Origin: an uncultured Ruminococcus sp.
GTDB lineage: Bacteria; Bacillota; Clostridia; Oscillospirales; Ruminococcaceae
Direction of reading: 5' to 3'
Length of the DNA: 64,000 nucleotides
Assembly (NCBI GenBank): GCA_910584195.1
Contig: CAJTYV010000001.1
Coordinates: forward strand, 239,728-303,727
Under the pieces are notes generated by a model. It did not search any database, was not told where the DNA came from, and saw nothing but the letters and a program-made list of their open reading frames with translations. The position numbers and the translations under genes were made by a program. Positions 1-10,725 of this stretch are shown here, in pieces (the stretch's first letter is position 1; each line of letters starts with the position of its first letter).

Positions 1-257
1 AAGCAGGCATAAAGTCGCGGCTTAAAATTGAACAGGCGGATATTTCACGATTTGTACAACCCGAAAACTCTATCGTCATCTGCAATCCTCCATACGGCGA
101 AAGGCTTTTAGAGCTTCGTGAGGCAGAGGAAATTTATCGTAAAATGGGAAGAGTTCTCGGTCACGGAGGAAATCGGCAAAGCTATATCATCTCCCCTCAT
201 GAACAGTTTGAACAATTTTTCGGCGAAGAAGCAAAAAAACGAAGAAAACTCTATAAC
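1..257 (+). CDS. C-terminal fragment of a THUMP/RlmL-type SAM-dependent RNA methyltransferase (5' end lies outside the window)
   Basis: Frame 3 translates ...SIVICNPPYGERLLELREAEEIYRKMGRVLGHGG... with a stop at 255-257. NPPYGERL is the class I N6-adenine/m2G methyltransferase motif. Confidence 0.5.
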
Positions 258-268
258 GGCATGATAAA

Positions 269-967
269 ATGTCAGCTTTATATGTATTTCTGATGGAGAG
301 CATGTTTAAAAGAAGGATATTGGCGCTTCTTTATCCGGTCAGATGTCCGATTTGCGGCAAAATAATATTTCCGCATGAGGATTTTTGCAGTGAATGTCAT
401 GACAATTTGCCGAAATATTACGGAAATTTTAATATAGAGAATGCCGAAACTTTCATTGCACCGTTTGAATATACAGACAGAATTTCTCCTGCCATAATCC
501 TTATGAAAAACGGCATCAAGGGCAATGCGCCTTACGCCTTTGGAAATGCGGTATCTCAGTGTATCAAAAGCCACGGCATACATCGTAAAACGGATATTAT
601 AATTCCTGTCCCGCTTCATTCTTCCGATAAAAGAAAACGCGGCTTCAATCAGTCGGAGCTTATCGCCATGGAAGTCGGGAGAATACTGAATATAAACGTT
701 TGTGCCGAGTGTATCGAAAAGGTCCGCATCACCGAACCTCAGAAAAGGCTTTCCAAAGCTGAAAGGAAAAACAATCTGAAAGATGCATTTGTACTGACGG
801 CTCCCGAACTTATCCGTGAAAAGCATGTCATGCTCGTCGATGATGTGTGTACTACGGGCAGCACTCTTTCTGAACTGACAAAGATTCTGCGTCAAAACGG
901 CGCGGCGTCAGTTTACTGTGTTTGCTGCTGTAAAACTCCAATAAAAAAGGATGATAAATATGATTGA
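269..967 (+). CDS. comFC: ComF-family phosphoribosyltransferase (competence protein ComFC)
   Basis: N-terminal Cys pairs (CPICG...CSEC) and the C-terminal PRTase motif VMLVDDVCTTGSTL. The start is uncertain (ATG at 269, 293 or 305). Confidence 0.75.
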   Translation: MSALYVFLMESMFKRRILALLYPVRCPICGKIIFPHEDFCSECHDNLPKYYGNFNIENAETFIAPFEYTDRISPAIILMKNGIKGNAPYAFGNAVSQCIKSHGIHRKTDIIIPVPLHSSDKRKRGFNQSELIAMEVGRILNINVCAECIEKVRITEPQKRLSKAERKNNLKDAFVLTAPELIREKHVMLVDDVCTTGSTLSELTKILRQNGAASVYCVCCCKTPIKKDDKYD

Positions 968-1436
968 AAATCACGCTGAAAAGGCTTGCAAACTTTTTGC
1001 CGAAGGACGTAACTGTTCTCAGGCTGTATTTACAGCTTTTACCGATGTTACGGGACTTGACGATGATCTTGCCCTGCGGCTTTCCTCCTCGTTCGGAGGT
1101 GGAATGGGTCGCATGAGGAAGACCTGCGGTACTTGCTCTGCAATGTTTATGATCGTCGGTATACTTTACGGCTATACTTCCAAAAACGATATTAATGAAA
1201 AAGCCGAGCATTACCGGCGTATCCAATACTTAGCAAATGAATTCAAGAAACGGCATGAAACGATAAACTGCTTAGAACTTCTGAAAGGACTTAAAGTCAA
1301 TTCCGACCCTATGCCCGAACAGCGAACCGAGCAATACTACAAGGTTCGTCCGTGTATCAGATTTGTCAGAACTGCGGCAGAAATTCTTGATAAATATATT
1401 GCTGAAAATCCGCCTTATAAAAAAGAGGTTTCCTGA
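960..1436 (+). CDS. C_GCAxxG_C_C family putative redox-active protein
   Basis: Shows the NCSQAVFTAF...SSFGGGMGRMRKTCGTCSA pattern typical of this family. The aaaagga RBS at 944-950 favours the ATG at 960 over the ATG at 951. Confidence 0.65.
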   Translation: MIENHAEKACKLFAEGRNCSQAVFTAFTDVTGLDDDLALRLSSSFGGGMGRMRKTCGTCSAMFMIVGILYGYTSKNDINEKAEHYRRIQYLANEFKKRHETINCLELLKGLKVNSDPMPEQRTEQYYKVRPCIRFVRTAAEILDKYIAENPPYKKEVS

Positions 1437-1504
1437 TATTTTGCCTTTTAAGCTGCTTTGATTTAATTGACGAAGCAATTGTAAGAATTAAATCAAATAA
1501 TATT

Positions 1505-1548
1505 AAAAAGAACTCCTGCATTCCAATACAGAAGTTCTTTTTATTTAT
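1505..1548. terminator. Bidirectional rho-independent terminator between convergent genes
   Basis: aagaactcctg ... cagaagttctt hairpin followed by tttttattt. Confidence 0.6.
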
Positions 1549-1602
1549 ACATATTATATACTGATTTTTTGAAATAACATCAGATAAGCTTGCAGAGCAG
1601 AA

Positions 1603-4353
1603 TCATTCTTTTGTAGGAAGTTTGGTGATAATCTTTGCATCAATCTTTTGGATCGCAAGCGCATCGCTTGTCTTAACGCCGTCGCCCACATTGCAGCAAT
1701 CCGCGTTAAGTGCGCCCTGCTTTGAAAGTCCGTATTTGTCTTGATTTCCCAAAGCCTGAAGAATCGCTGTTGAATCTGCAATAGTGACCTTACCGTCGCA
1801 GTTCGCATCGCCCACGAGTATATCTTCCTCAGTGCTATTTGTAGAGTCCGCAGACTTTCCGTTCGGCTCGACTCCCCAAACAAGCTTATCATCAGCATAA
1901 AGAGTGATCTTATCGGTAATTGCAGCGGCATCGTTATCGTCCTCAAAGCTTACAAGGTCGCTGTAGCTGTAATCGTTTAACGAATCCCAAACAGTATCGT
2001 AGGTTTCAGGATTCATTTTATTAAGCAAACCAAACTGATAAACACGGCTGCCATAGAAATCACAGTTTTGCCATGAAATTTCAATATAATAATTTCCTTT
2101 ATCATCATACTTTACCGGCTCTGAAATAAGCGCCTGATTTTTTCCGTCAGTAAAGCTTTTCTCCTGATCGTAGTCGATACGGGTTTCAATAAAGCTTATA
2201 TCCTCACCTTTTTCAAGCTGTTCACTGATGTTAAAATAGTATCTTGCTTTAAGATTGCTTTCAAATTTAGGCGGATTTACAGTCCTGTTATGAACAACTA
2301 TCTTGATCTGAATACCCGCATCTGTCTCCTGAGATTTTCCTCCTGAAATAAAAAGTCCTGTAGGAAGCGGATTACCGTCCGCATCGATCTGATCGAAGCC
2401 GATAGCGTTCTCGGACATATTGAAATCGGGAATAACATAGTTCTTATCCTCAAGCTCCTTGCCCTTAGCACCATAGAAGTGATAAAGTCCTGCAAGATCT
2501 CCGCAGAAAGCCGCGTTGTAATCGTCTGTAACCTCGTTATAGATAAAGTCCTTTGTTTCGTCACGGTGGAAATCATCGGCATCAGGACCGCCTACCAAAG
2601 CTCCCCAAAGCGTATGAACCTGAACTACCGGATCGTCCATGCTCTGCTTAGCTGAACAATGTGAAGAACGATGATGAGCCTGAGAAGCAAAATTACTTTC
2701 GTAACCTACTTCATAAGCATAACCCATAGGATTGTTGCCGAGAATATACTCCATTTGCCCTTTAGCCCAATCAGCAAAAGTCATGTCGCCCGTTTCCTTG
2801 GCATATACCATTGCCTGTAAACCGGCAGCGGTGTTGTATCGAGCCGAACCGTAATCGTTAAGCATCGCAAAGCCTGCCGGAGTTTTTTTGAGCCATGCTC
2901 CGTCTGCCGTGGGAAGATCGGCAATTTCCTCTGCGGTAATTTTTGTGTTCCAAATAACGTCGTCCTGTCCAAAATATTTATGAGACGTTACAGGTACGTC
3001 AAAATCCGCAGCCGCAGCATCAGCCTCGCCGAGACCCGACCAGAATTCAAGATTCCAGCGGAAGATATACCAGTCACGGGATATATTGGTCACAGGCGCA
3101 AGTTTAGCAAAAACGCCGCCCCATACAGTATCCCAGCAGTGAACCCATATGTTCTGCCAGCAGTTGCCTGTATCTGTAATAATACGTTTCATATAGCCTG
3201 TATAAGGGTGAGCTCCCATTTCACCGGAAACGGATTCGTCAACGGCGATAATATCGTCAATATAATCGTAATTTTCGGTACAATAATAAAGCCACACAGC
3301 CGCCCATGCAAGCTCGTCATAATCATAGCTTGAAGTGTAGAAACCTCCGTCATATCCAAGGCTGGTAGCTGTCGGTGTCATACCGGGTTCCCATTCTTCG
3401 CTGTGAGTTTCAACGGCAAAATCATAAAGCGCCAAAGCATACTTCAAACATTTTTCAGCATATTCGGGATCGCTGTCCTTAAAATTAAGATAATTCACCG
3501 CAAGAGAAGCAGCAGCTCCTGCACACTGATCGGAAGCGGGCATCTCAGTTGTAGCGAAATATGCGGGTCTCTTTACTGCGCAGGACGAAGAAGCAACGAC
3601 AGTACCGTCCACCTGAAGTTCGGGAGGACACCAGTAGTTGTGATCGTTTCCTCCTTCGCCGACTTGATAGCAGTAACCGACTACCTTACCGTCCTCATCA
3701 AGAAAAGTCGCTTTCATGAAGTAGTCGTTTATCCAGCGCAGCTCATCCTCAACATGCTTATCAAGACCCAGCTCCTTATATGCTTCGGGGAACTCATAAT
3801 ACCCCCAACCGAGAGTTGAAGCGGAATAACTTCCCGGAAGACCGAATTTTACATGATCGCCGGCATCGTGCCAACCGCCTGTCAGATCTATCGTCCCGTT
3901 GCCGTCCGGATCAAAATATTTCTTATTGGCATCAATGAATTTCTGAGACATATTAACGCCTTCATAAAGTCCTTCCGCCGCACTTGCACCGCCGTCTCCC
4001 TCGCCGTTGTATTCGCCCCGGTCGTCTTCATCTTCATCCGTTTTTTCGTCATCAACGGGTTTTCCGTGATTTACCGTAGGCATCGGCGTCATTGGCTTAA
4101 GCGGTATTTCGGCATCTTTAACATGACAATCCGCACGCCATGAATAATATCCGTCCTCCGCAACCTCATCGCCGCACTTATTCGCATCATAAAAGCACAA
4201 TCCGAGCTGGAGAGCTTCAGCGAAATTCTGATAATTATTCGGCTTGTCGGGAGTAATTACAGCGGCGTTCGAGACCGTCGGCAAGCATGAAATAAGCACT
4301 GCCGCCGCTGAAACGACTGCCGCAGATCTGCCTAACAGCTTCAACTTCTTCAT
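1603..4353 (-). CDS. GH9 endoglucanase with CBM3c-like module and C-terminal dockerin, signal peptide present
   Basis: Signal peptide and the GH9 motif DAGDHVKFGLP, with the catalytic-region motif NEVTDDYNAAF. The C-terminal dockerin reads DANCDGKVTIADSTAILQALGNQDKYGLS...NADCCNVGDGVKTSDALAIQKIDAKII. Confidence 0.9.
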   Translation of the reverse strand: MKKLKLLGRSAAVVSAAAVLISCLPTVSNAAVITPDKPNNYQNFAEALQLGLCFYDANKCGDEVAEDGYYSWRADCHVKDAEIPLKPMTPMPTVNHGKPVDDEKTDEDEDDRGEYNGEGDGGASAAEGLYEGVNMSQKFIDANKKYFDPDGNGTIDLTGGWHDAGDHVKFGLPGSYSASTLGWGYYEFPEAYKELGLDKHVEDELRWINDYFMKATFLDEDGKVVGYCYQVGEGGNDHNYWCPPELQVDGTVVASSSCAVKRPAYFATTEMPASDQCAGAAASLAVNYLNFKDSDPEYAEKCLKYALALYDFAVETHSEEWEPGMTPTATSLGYDGGFYTSSYDYDELAWAAVWLYYCTENYDYIDDIIAVDESVSGEMGAHPYTGYMKRIITDTGNCWQNIWVHCWDTVWGGVFAKLAPVTNISRDWYIFRWNLEFWSGLGEADAAAADFDVPVTSHKYFGQDDVIWNTKITAEEIADLPTADGAWLKKTPAGFAMLNDYGSARYNTAAGLQAMVYAKETGDMTFADWAKGQMEYILGNNPMGYAYEVGYESNFASQAHHRSSHCSAKQSMDDPVVQVHTLWGALVGGPDADDFHRDETKDFIYNEVTDDYNAAFCGDLAGLYHFYGAKGKELEDKNYVIPDFNMSENAIGFDQIDADGNPLPTGLFISGGKSQETDAGIQIKIVVHNRTVNPPKFESNLKARYYFNISEQLEKGEDISFIETRIDYDQEKSFTDGKNQALISEPVKYDDKGNYYIEISWQNCDFYGSRVYQFGLLNKMNPETYDTVWDSLNDYSYSDLVSFEDDNDAAAITDKITLYADDKLVWGVEPNGKSADSTNSTEEDILVGDANCDGKVTIADSTAILQALGNQDKYGLSKQGALNADCCNVGDGVKTSDALAIQKIDAKIITKLPTKE

Positions 4354-4421
4354 AAATAATTCCTTTCCGGACGAGAAACGTCCATTATATTTTTTAGCAA
4401 AAGACGACCAATATTATCGTC

Positions 4422-4721
4422 TCATAGAAGTCCCTTTTGCTTAAGTCTTTCAAAAACTATATTATACCCGTCGCTTCCGTCCTGTAAAGAACGATTTACT
4501 CGGCTTATGGTTGCGGTACTGGCGCCGGTTTCGGAAACGATACTGTTATACACCCGATGCTCGTCAAGAAGCCTTGCAACATGAAAACGCTGAGCAAATG
4601 ATTTCAATTCTATAGTCGTACAGAGATCAACGAAAAACTTGTAGCAATCGTCAACAGTTTCAAGCGTCAGTATAGCCTCAAAAAGCTTATCCATATTTTC
4701 TGATTTTATCTTTTCGTTCAT
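4422..4721 (-). CDS. YerC/YecD family TrpR-like DNA-binding protein
   Basis: A 99-aa protein of the right size, with the ...SIVSETGASTATISRVNRSL... helix-turn-helix typical of the Trp repressor YerC/YecD family. Confidence 0.7.
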   Translation of the reverse strand: MNEKIKSENMDKLFEAILTLETVDDCYKFFVDLCTTIELKSFAQRFHVARLLDEHRVYNSIVSETGASTATISRVNRSLQDGSDGYNIVFERLKQKGLL

Positions 4722-4981
4722 TTTTTAGCTCCCATCTGCCAAATGGCAAAAAATCCATACAACCATTTTATCACATTAATGTGAAAAAGTAAAGAGCTTT
4801 TCAATATTTTTTAATTCACCTATTGTATATCATATCACAAAATTAACAATTTGTAAACAGGAAATGTTAATTTTTTGTAAATTCGTGAAAATACACAAAG
4901 TCGTCCATTCTGTTATGTGAATTTTCACAACAAGCCATTTCAATAACCTGACTAATATTGTATTTTTTACAAAAAGATAAT

Positions 4982-5046
4982 AAGAACCTGTGTTCATAAG
5001 AAAATACATACGCTTTTGCGCATAATTTCTTATGAACACAGGTTCT
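4982..5046. repeat. Perfect 21-bp inverted repeat (aagaacctgtgttcataagaaa / tttcttatgaacacaggttct) with a 22-nt spacer
   Basis: Read directly from the sequence. It lies just distal to the rnpB terminator hairpin and about 150 bp upstream of the yerC-like promoter. Confidence 0.8.
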
Positions 5047-5055
5047 AAAATAAAA

Positions 5056-5075
5056 AGGAGAAGCAAGTTCTCCCT
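5056..5075 (-). terminator. rnpB rho-independent terminator
   Basis: On the minus strand it reads gggagaacttgcttctcc followed by tttttatttt, immediately 3' of the RNase P RNA. Confidence 0.7.
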
Positions 5076-5080
5076 CTTAA

Positions 5081-5392
5081 TTATGACCAGACCGATAAGC
5101 CGGGTTCTGTCGTGTACGGCAATTTATCTACTCTTATCGTCGCCGATAAGCTTTAGCCGTCATTACTGTACATCCGCCGAGCCGGCGTTAAAATGCACAG
5201 CACCAATAGACGTTGCATCGGGTAGGGTTTACATGGCAGTACGGTCTCCCGCACCCCGGTGAGCTCTTACCTCGCCTTTCCACCATCACCTGATTTCTCA
5301 GGCAGTTTATTTCTGTTGCACTTGCCCTAAGGTCGCCCTCGGCTGCCGTTAGCAGCTACCCTGCTCTATGATGCCCGGACTTTCCTCATAAA
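5081..5392 (-). ncRNA. rnpB: RNase P RNA (bacterial, Firmicute type)
   Basis: The minus-strand sequence contains GAGGAAAGTCCGGGC near the 5' end, GGTAAGAGCTCACC internally, and ACAGAACCCGGCTTATCGG near the 3' end. P1 pairing (ttatga / tcataa) links the two ends. The interval has no credible ORF and is GC-rich relative to its flanks. Confidence 0.85.
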
Positions 5393-5564
5393 CTTTATCG
5401 TTCATGCTGCCGTATAGTCTGCTCAATTGCATTATAACATTTTTATTGCGGATTGTCAAGCAATTTTTTCACAGTCTTTCTATATTTCTTGAATAATGGC
5501 ATTTGACTTTTTTCATATCATGTGATATAATTATACGCATAAAAAATAAAAAGGTGATATTAAT

Positions 5565-6353
5565 ATGAGATCCGTAATTTTTTTCGATATTGACGGTACG
5601 CTTATTTCCGAAGACGGACTTATGACGCTGCCTGAAAGTACGCGGACTGCAATAGCAAAAGCAAGAAAAAACGGTTGTCTGACTTTTGTAAATACAGGCC
5701 GGACGGAATTCAATGTCAATAAAAAAATTCGTTCTCTCGGCTTCGACGGATTAATCTGCGGCTGCGGAACATACATAGAGTATAACGGCAATACGCTTTT
5801 TTATAACAGGCTTTCCGCGGATTTCTGCCGACAAACGGCATATCTGATACGAAAAACAGGTCTTACTCCCGTTTACGAGCATAAGAACGGATATTTCTTT
5901 GATGATTTTGCACCGAAAAATGCCGAGCTTGAATACTTTCTCAACTCGTTTGTCGAAGACGGAATTTCCATTGATAAACGCGTTGAAGATGAAGCTTTTA
6001 TTTTCGATAAATTTGTCGTATGGGAAAATCCTCACTGCGATATGAAGCTTTTCCGGCAAGAAATAGGTAAAAACTTTGAGATCATCGACCGCGGCGGCGG
6101 CTTTTATGAAAACGTTCCGCTCGGCTGTTCAAAAGCTACGGCTATCGAATTTATTCTTGACAAGCTGAATATTCCTATAGAAAACGCCTATGCGATCGGA
6201 GACAGCGCAAACGATCTTCCCATGCTCAAAGCAGTTCCTAACAGCATTGCAATGGGAGGTTCCGAGTCGATCTATCCCTATGTTTCTTACATTACAACGC
6301 CTCTTCTTGAGGACGGGATATATAACGCGCTCGCCCATTATAAACTGATTTGA
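5565..6353 (+). CDS. HAD-superfamily hydrolase, Cof subfamily (HAD-IIB)
   Basis: Motif I FFDIDGTL and motif IV IGDSANDLPML. Confidence 0.8.
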   Translation: MRSVIFFDIDGTLISEDGLMTLPESTRTAIAKARKNGCLTFVNTGRTEFNVNKKIRSLGFDGLICGCGTYIEYNGNTLFYNRLSADFCRQTAYLIRKTGLTPVYEHKNGYFFDDFAPKNAELEYFLNSFVEDGISIDKRVEDEAFIFDKFVVWENPHCDMKLFRQEIGKNFEIIDRGGGFYENVPLGCSKATAIEFILDKLNIPIENAYAIGDSANDLPMLKAVPNSIAMGGSESIYPYVSYITTPLLEDGIYNALAHYKLI

Positions 6354-6464
6354 AATAGTACTTGCTTTTTTTGCGGAAGTATAGTATAATTAAGTACAGC
6401 GATGTTTCAGACGGCATCGTATGCAAACGATTAAAATCATTACCTAAAAGTGGAGATATATGAT

Positions 6465-8804
6465 ATGGAACAGACTATCAAAAGCAGTAAAAATACAGAA
6501 AACGGCAATATCTTTTATGCTGTTGCCATGAGAGGTCTCGTTGCATTTCCCAAAATGGTGATGCACTTCGATGTTTCAAGAGACAGAACCGTCTCTGCTG
6601 TCGAAAAATCTCTCAAAGAAAACGGCAAGCTGTTTTTAATTACACAGCACGAAACATATGTGGAAAACCCCAAGGCATCCGACCTCTACAAGGTAGGCGT
6701 CGTTGCCGAAATAAAACAGGTTCTCAAACTGCCCAATAATGAAGCAAAGGTGCTTGTCGAGGGAATTTATAAGGCTAATCTTGTCCGGCTTATTGACGAG
6801 GGAGACGTACTTCGTGCCGAGATCAAGCGTGTACCGACATATTCGCGCTCTAAATACGATGAAACCGAAGCGGAAGCCTTAATGCGCTCCGTAAAAGACG
6901 CTTTTGAGCGATATACCTCGTTTTTCCCGAAAATGCCGCACGAGCTTCTGAAGGACGTAATGACTCAGGACAATCCTTTCAGCCTTTTCGAAGCAGTCAC
7001 ATTCAACAGCAGTCTGAATTACCGCGATAAACAAACCCTTTTAGAGGAATCCAATATCCTCAACAAGCTTTCTGTTCTGTATGCATGCCTTGCTTCGGAA
7101 ATAGAAATACTGGAGCTTGAAAGCTTTATCAGCGAACAGACACGCAACAGTATTGATAAAGGACAAAAAGAATATTATCTGCGCGAGCAGATGAGAGTTA
7201 TACAGGAACAGCTCGGCGAAGAGGACAGCGAAGATGTATTCGGAACGGTAAATCGTATTATGGAACTGAAAATAGACGAAAAAAGCCGTGACAAGCTTTT
7301 GAAGGAAGCTGACAGGCTGGGCAAGCTTCCGCCCGCGTCACAGGAAGCGTTTGTCATAAAGAATTACCTCGATACCGTTCTTGAACTGCCGTGGGGAAAA
7401 TACACCAAAGCAAAAATTTCAATGGAAAAAGCTGAATCCGTGCTGGAAAGAGATCATTATGGACTAAAAAAAGTCAAAGAACGTATTCTTGAATTTCTTG
7501 CAGTTCACATTCTCAACCCTGATATAAAAGGACAAATAATCTGTCTTGCAGGACCTCCCGGTATCGGTAAGACTTCAATAGCAAAATCTGTTGCCAAGGC
7601 TATGGGCAGAAAATATGTACGTGTTTCTCTCGGAGGAGTACGTGACGAAGCCGATATAAGGGGTCACCGAAAAACATATGTAGGAGCAATGCCCGGACGT
7701 ATAATCACCGCAATCGAACAGGCAGGAACTTCAAATCCGCTCATTCTTTTTGACGAGATAGACAAACTTTGCAGCGATATGAAAGGCGATCCGTCGTCAG
7801 CTATGCTCGAGGTTCTCGACAGCGAGCAGAATTCAACATTCCGCGACCATTTTCTTGAAGTTCCTTTCGACCTCAGCAAAGCAGTTTTCATAACAACGGC
7901 AAACAATGTAGGCGACATTCCGGCGCCGCTTCTTGACCGTATGGAAGTTATCGAGCTGCCAAGCTACACTGCGGAAGAAAAATTCCATATAGCTAAGGAG
8001 CATCTTCTTCCAAAACAGCTTAAGGAACACAGCCTTAAAGGAACTCAGCTTAAAATTCAGGACGAAACTCTGGAAAGTATTATACGCTTCTATACAAAGG
8101 AAGCGGGTGTCAGAGGACTTGAAAGATGCATAGCTTCGCTTTGCAGAAAAGCTGCAAGAAAAATTGCCGACGGCAGCGCAAAAAGGATAACCATTAAAGC
8201 CAAGGAGCTTCATGAGTGGCTGGGAGTAAAAAAATATCTTTCCGACCTTGTTTCAAAAGAAGACCAGATCGGCGTTGTTAACGGTCTTGCGTGGACTTCC
8301 GTTGGCGGAACTGTTATGCCGCTGGAAGTTATGATCCTGAACGGTTCGGGTAAAACGGAAACTACAGGATCTCTCGGCGATGTTATGAAAGAAAGCTCTA
8401 AGATCGCGGTAACTTACGTAAGGAGCGTTGCCGATAAATACGGTATAGATCCGGAATTTTTTACTAAAAAGGACATTCACATACATGCTCCCGAAGGAGC
8501 TGTTCCTAAGGACGGTCCTTCTGCCGGAGTTACTATGACGACTGCTTTGATCTCTGCGCTTTCAGGCAGAAAGGTACGTTCCGATACGGCTATGACAGGA
8601 GAAATAACACTCCATGGCAAGGTTCTCCCTATCGGAGGACTTCGCGAGAAAACCATGGCGGCTTATAAAGCAGGCATCAAAACGGTTATTATCCCCGTTG
8701 GAAACAAACCCGACCTTGAGGAAGTAGATGACGTCGTAAAAGATAACATTAAGTTTGTAACGGCTGAAACTCTTACGGACGTTCTTGATACGGCTCTTAT
8801 CTAA
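6465..8804 (+). CDS. lon: ATP-dependent Lon protease
   Basis: Walker [10 protein letters not shown] and the catalytic serine motif DGPSAG, with a typical Lon N-terminal domain. gtggag RBS upstream of the ATG at 6465. Confidence 0.95.
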   Translation: MEQTIKSSKNTENGNIFYAVAMRGLVAFPKMVMHFDVSRDRTVSAVEKSLKENGKLFLITQHETYVENPKASDLYKVGVVAEIKQVLKLPNNEAKVLVEGIYKANLVRLIDEGDVLRAEIKRVPTYSRSKYDETEAEALMRSVKDAFERYTSFFPKMPHELLKDVMTQDNPFSLFEAVTFNSSLNYRDKQTLLEESNILNKLSVLYACLASEIEILELESFISEQTRNSIDKGQKEYYLREQMRVIQEQLGEEDSEDVFGTVNRIMELKIDEKSRDKLLKEADRLGKLPPASQEAFVIKNYLDTVLELPWGKYTKAKISMEKAESVLERDHYGLKKVKERILEFLAVHILNPDIKGQIICLAGPPGIGKTSIAKSVAKAMGRKYVRVSLGGVRDEADIRGHRKTYVGAMPGRIITAIEQAGTSNPLILFDEIDKLCSDMKGDPSSAMLEVLDSEQNSTFRDHFLEVPFDLSKAVFITTANNVGDIPAPLLDRMEVIELPSYTAEEKFHIAKEHLLPKQLKEHSLKGTQLKIQDETLESIIRFYTKEAGVRGLERCIASLCRKAARKIADGSAKRITIKAKELHEWLGVKKYLSDLVSKEDQIGVVNGLAWTSVGGTVMPLEVMILNGSGKTETTGSLGDVMKESSKIAVTYVRSVADKYGIDPEFFTKKDIHIHAPEGAVPKDGPSAGVTMTTALISALSGRKVRSDTAMTGEITLHGKVLPIGGLREKTMAAYKAGIKTVIIPVGNKPDLEEVDDVVKDNIKFVTAETLTDVLDTALI

Positions 8805-8813
8805 GGGGGAGTT

Positions 8814-9404
8814 ATGAAACTTAATTACAATAAAGCCGAGTATATAGCCTCTTACGGTAAATACTCCCAAATACCGCCCTGCGACCGCATAGAAATCGCT
8901 TTCGCGGGGCACTCGAACGTTGGCAAATCGACTCTTATAAATAAGCTTTTCAACCGAAAAAATCTTGCAAGAGTAAGCTCCGTTCCGGGAAAAACAGCTA
9001 CCATTAATTTTTACGGACTTGAAAATATATATTTTGCGGATCTTCCGGGATACGGTTATGCCAAGGTTGCAAAATCCGAAAAGGAACGGTGGTCCGGGCT
9101 TATAGACGGCTATCTCAATTCAGACAGAGATATACGGCTTGTGTTTATGCTGGTGGATATGCGTCATGCTCCCACGAAGGACGACGTTAAAATGATAAAT
9201 TATCTGATAGACACTGAAACTCCTTTCATACTTGTACTCACAAAGGCGGACAAGCTGAAAAAAAACGAAAGGATAAAGCGCATGGATGCCTTTAAGACCG
9301 AAATACCATGCTTTGAAGATATACATGTCGTTCCGTTTTCGTCAATGACCTTTGAGGGCGTTGACGAACTGCGTGAAATTGTTGAGGAAATTGCCGAAGA
9401 CTGA
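8814..9404 (+). CDS. engB: Ribosome biogenesis GTPase EngB/YsxC
   Basis: G1 motif GHSNVGKSTLINKL and G3 motif DLPGYGYA. It keeps the conserved lon-engB synteny of Firmicutes. Confidence 0.9.
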   Translation: MKLNYNKAEYIASYGKYSQIPPCDRIEIAFAGHSNVGKSTLINKLFNRKNLARVSSVPGKTATINFYGLENIYFADLPGYGYAKVAKSEKERWSGLIDGYLNSDRDIRLVFMLVDMRHAPTKDDVKMINYLIDTETPFILVLTKADKLKKNERIKRMDAFKTEIPCFEDIHVVPFSSMTFEGVDELREIVEEIAED

Positions 9405-9426
9405 TTTTTAATTAGGAGGGTTTATC

Positions 9427-10725
9427 ATGTTTGTATCGGAAAATTTAAGCGTTAATGAGAAAGGAAACTTAACTATAGGCGGAACTGATACCGTTGAACT
9501 GGCAAAAACTTACGGTACTCCCCTTTACGTTATGGACGAGCAGCTTGTGCGTAAAAACTGCCGCCGTTTTAACGACAGTATCAAGAAGTTTTACGGTGAA
9601 AAGGGAAGAGTTCATTATGCAAGTAAGGCGCTTTCATGTATGGAAATGTGCCGCATCGTAGGAAGCGAGGGTCTCGGTCTTGACGCCGTTTCAATAGGCG
9701 AACTGTATACCGCCGTAAAAGCAGGTTTCGATGTATCGAAAATAGGATTTCACGGCAACAACAAAACAAACGAAGAACTTAGCTACGCTGTTGAAGTCGG
9801 CGTTGGACATATTATCGTTGACAATATCAGCGAACTTCACCGTCTTGAAAAAATTGCTGCCGAGCATAACAAAAAACCTCATATCATGTTCCGCATCAAA
9901 CCGGGTATAGACGCTCATACACACGATTTTGTAAAGACAGGTCAGATCGACAGCAAGTTCGGTTTCGCTCTTGAAACGGGAGAAGCCTACGAAGCCGTAA
10001 AAGAGGCTGTTTCATGCGAAAACGTTGAGCTGTACGGACTTCACTGCCATATCGGTTCACAGATTTTCGATATTGCGCCCTTTGAAGAAGCCGCAAAGGT
10101 CATGCTTAAATTCATAGCTAAAATCAAAAACGACCTGAACTACGAGATACAGGGACTTAACCTCGGCGGCGGATTCGGTATAAAATACCTTAACGAACAC
10201 GACCCACAGCCTTTCGAGGTATTTATGGAACGCGTGGCAAACGTTGTTACCGCAGAATGCTCCGCTTTGAATATTTCCCGTCCATTTATCTACATTGAGC
10301 CGGGACGCTCTATTGCCGCTCCTGCCGGAATTACGCTATATACCGTAGGTGCAAGAAAGGAAATTCCCAATATCAGGACTTATGTTTCCGTTGACGGAAG
10401 TATGGCTGACAGCCCACGCTATATCCTCTATAAATCGGAATACGAGGCAATCGTTGCAAACAAGGCGGACGCGGAGCGCACCGAGCGTGTGACTATTGCC
10501 GGAAAATGCTGCGAAAGCGGCGACCTCATCGGCGAGAATATGCCTCTCCAGCACGCCGAAGCAGGCGATATAATTGCCGTATGTGCAACAGGTGCGTATA
10601 ACTACTCAATGTCCTCCAACTACAACAGACTACAGAAGCCTGCCGTGGTTTTCGTAAATAACGGCGAATCAAGAATTGCAGTAAAGCGTGAAACTCTGGA
10701 CGACATTATCAGAAACGATGTATAA
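9427..10725 (+). CDS. lysA: Diaminopimelate decarboxylase
   Basis: Fold-type III PLP decarboxylase motifs: YASKAL, GGGFGI, EPGRSIAAPAG and CESGD. Confidence 0.9.
   Translation: MFVSENLSVNEKGNLTIGGTDTVELAKTYGTPLYVMDEQLVRKNCRRFNDSIKKFYGEKGRVHYASKALSCMEMCRIVGSEGLGLDAVSIGELYTAVKAGFDVSKIGFHGNNKTNEELSYAVEVGVGHIIVDNISELHRLEKIAAEHNKKPHIMFRIKPGIDAHTHDFVKTGQIDSKFGFALETGEAYEAVKEAVSCENVELYGLHCHIGSQIFDIAPFEEAAKVMLKFIAKIKNDLNYEIQGLNLGGGFGIKYLNEHDPQPFEVFMERVANVVTAECSALNISRPFIYIEPGRSIAAPAGITLYTVGARKEIPNIRTYVSVDGSMADSPRYILYKSEYEAIVANKADAERTERVTIAGKCCESGDLIGENMPLQHAEAGDIIAVCATGAYNYSMSSNYNRLQKPAVVFVNNGESRIAVKRETLDDIIRNDV

Noticed and set aside
278-895. 205-aa minus-strand ORF antisense to comFC
   Set aside because: It overlaps the comFC PRTase ORF, which has strong motifs. 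It has no RBS.
5032-5791. ORFs 5032-5262(+) and 5531-5791(-) near or over rnpB
   Set aside because: The first lies within the RNase P RNA gene. The second overlaps the HAD hydrolase start region with no RBS support.
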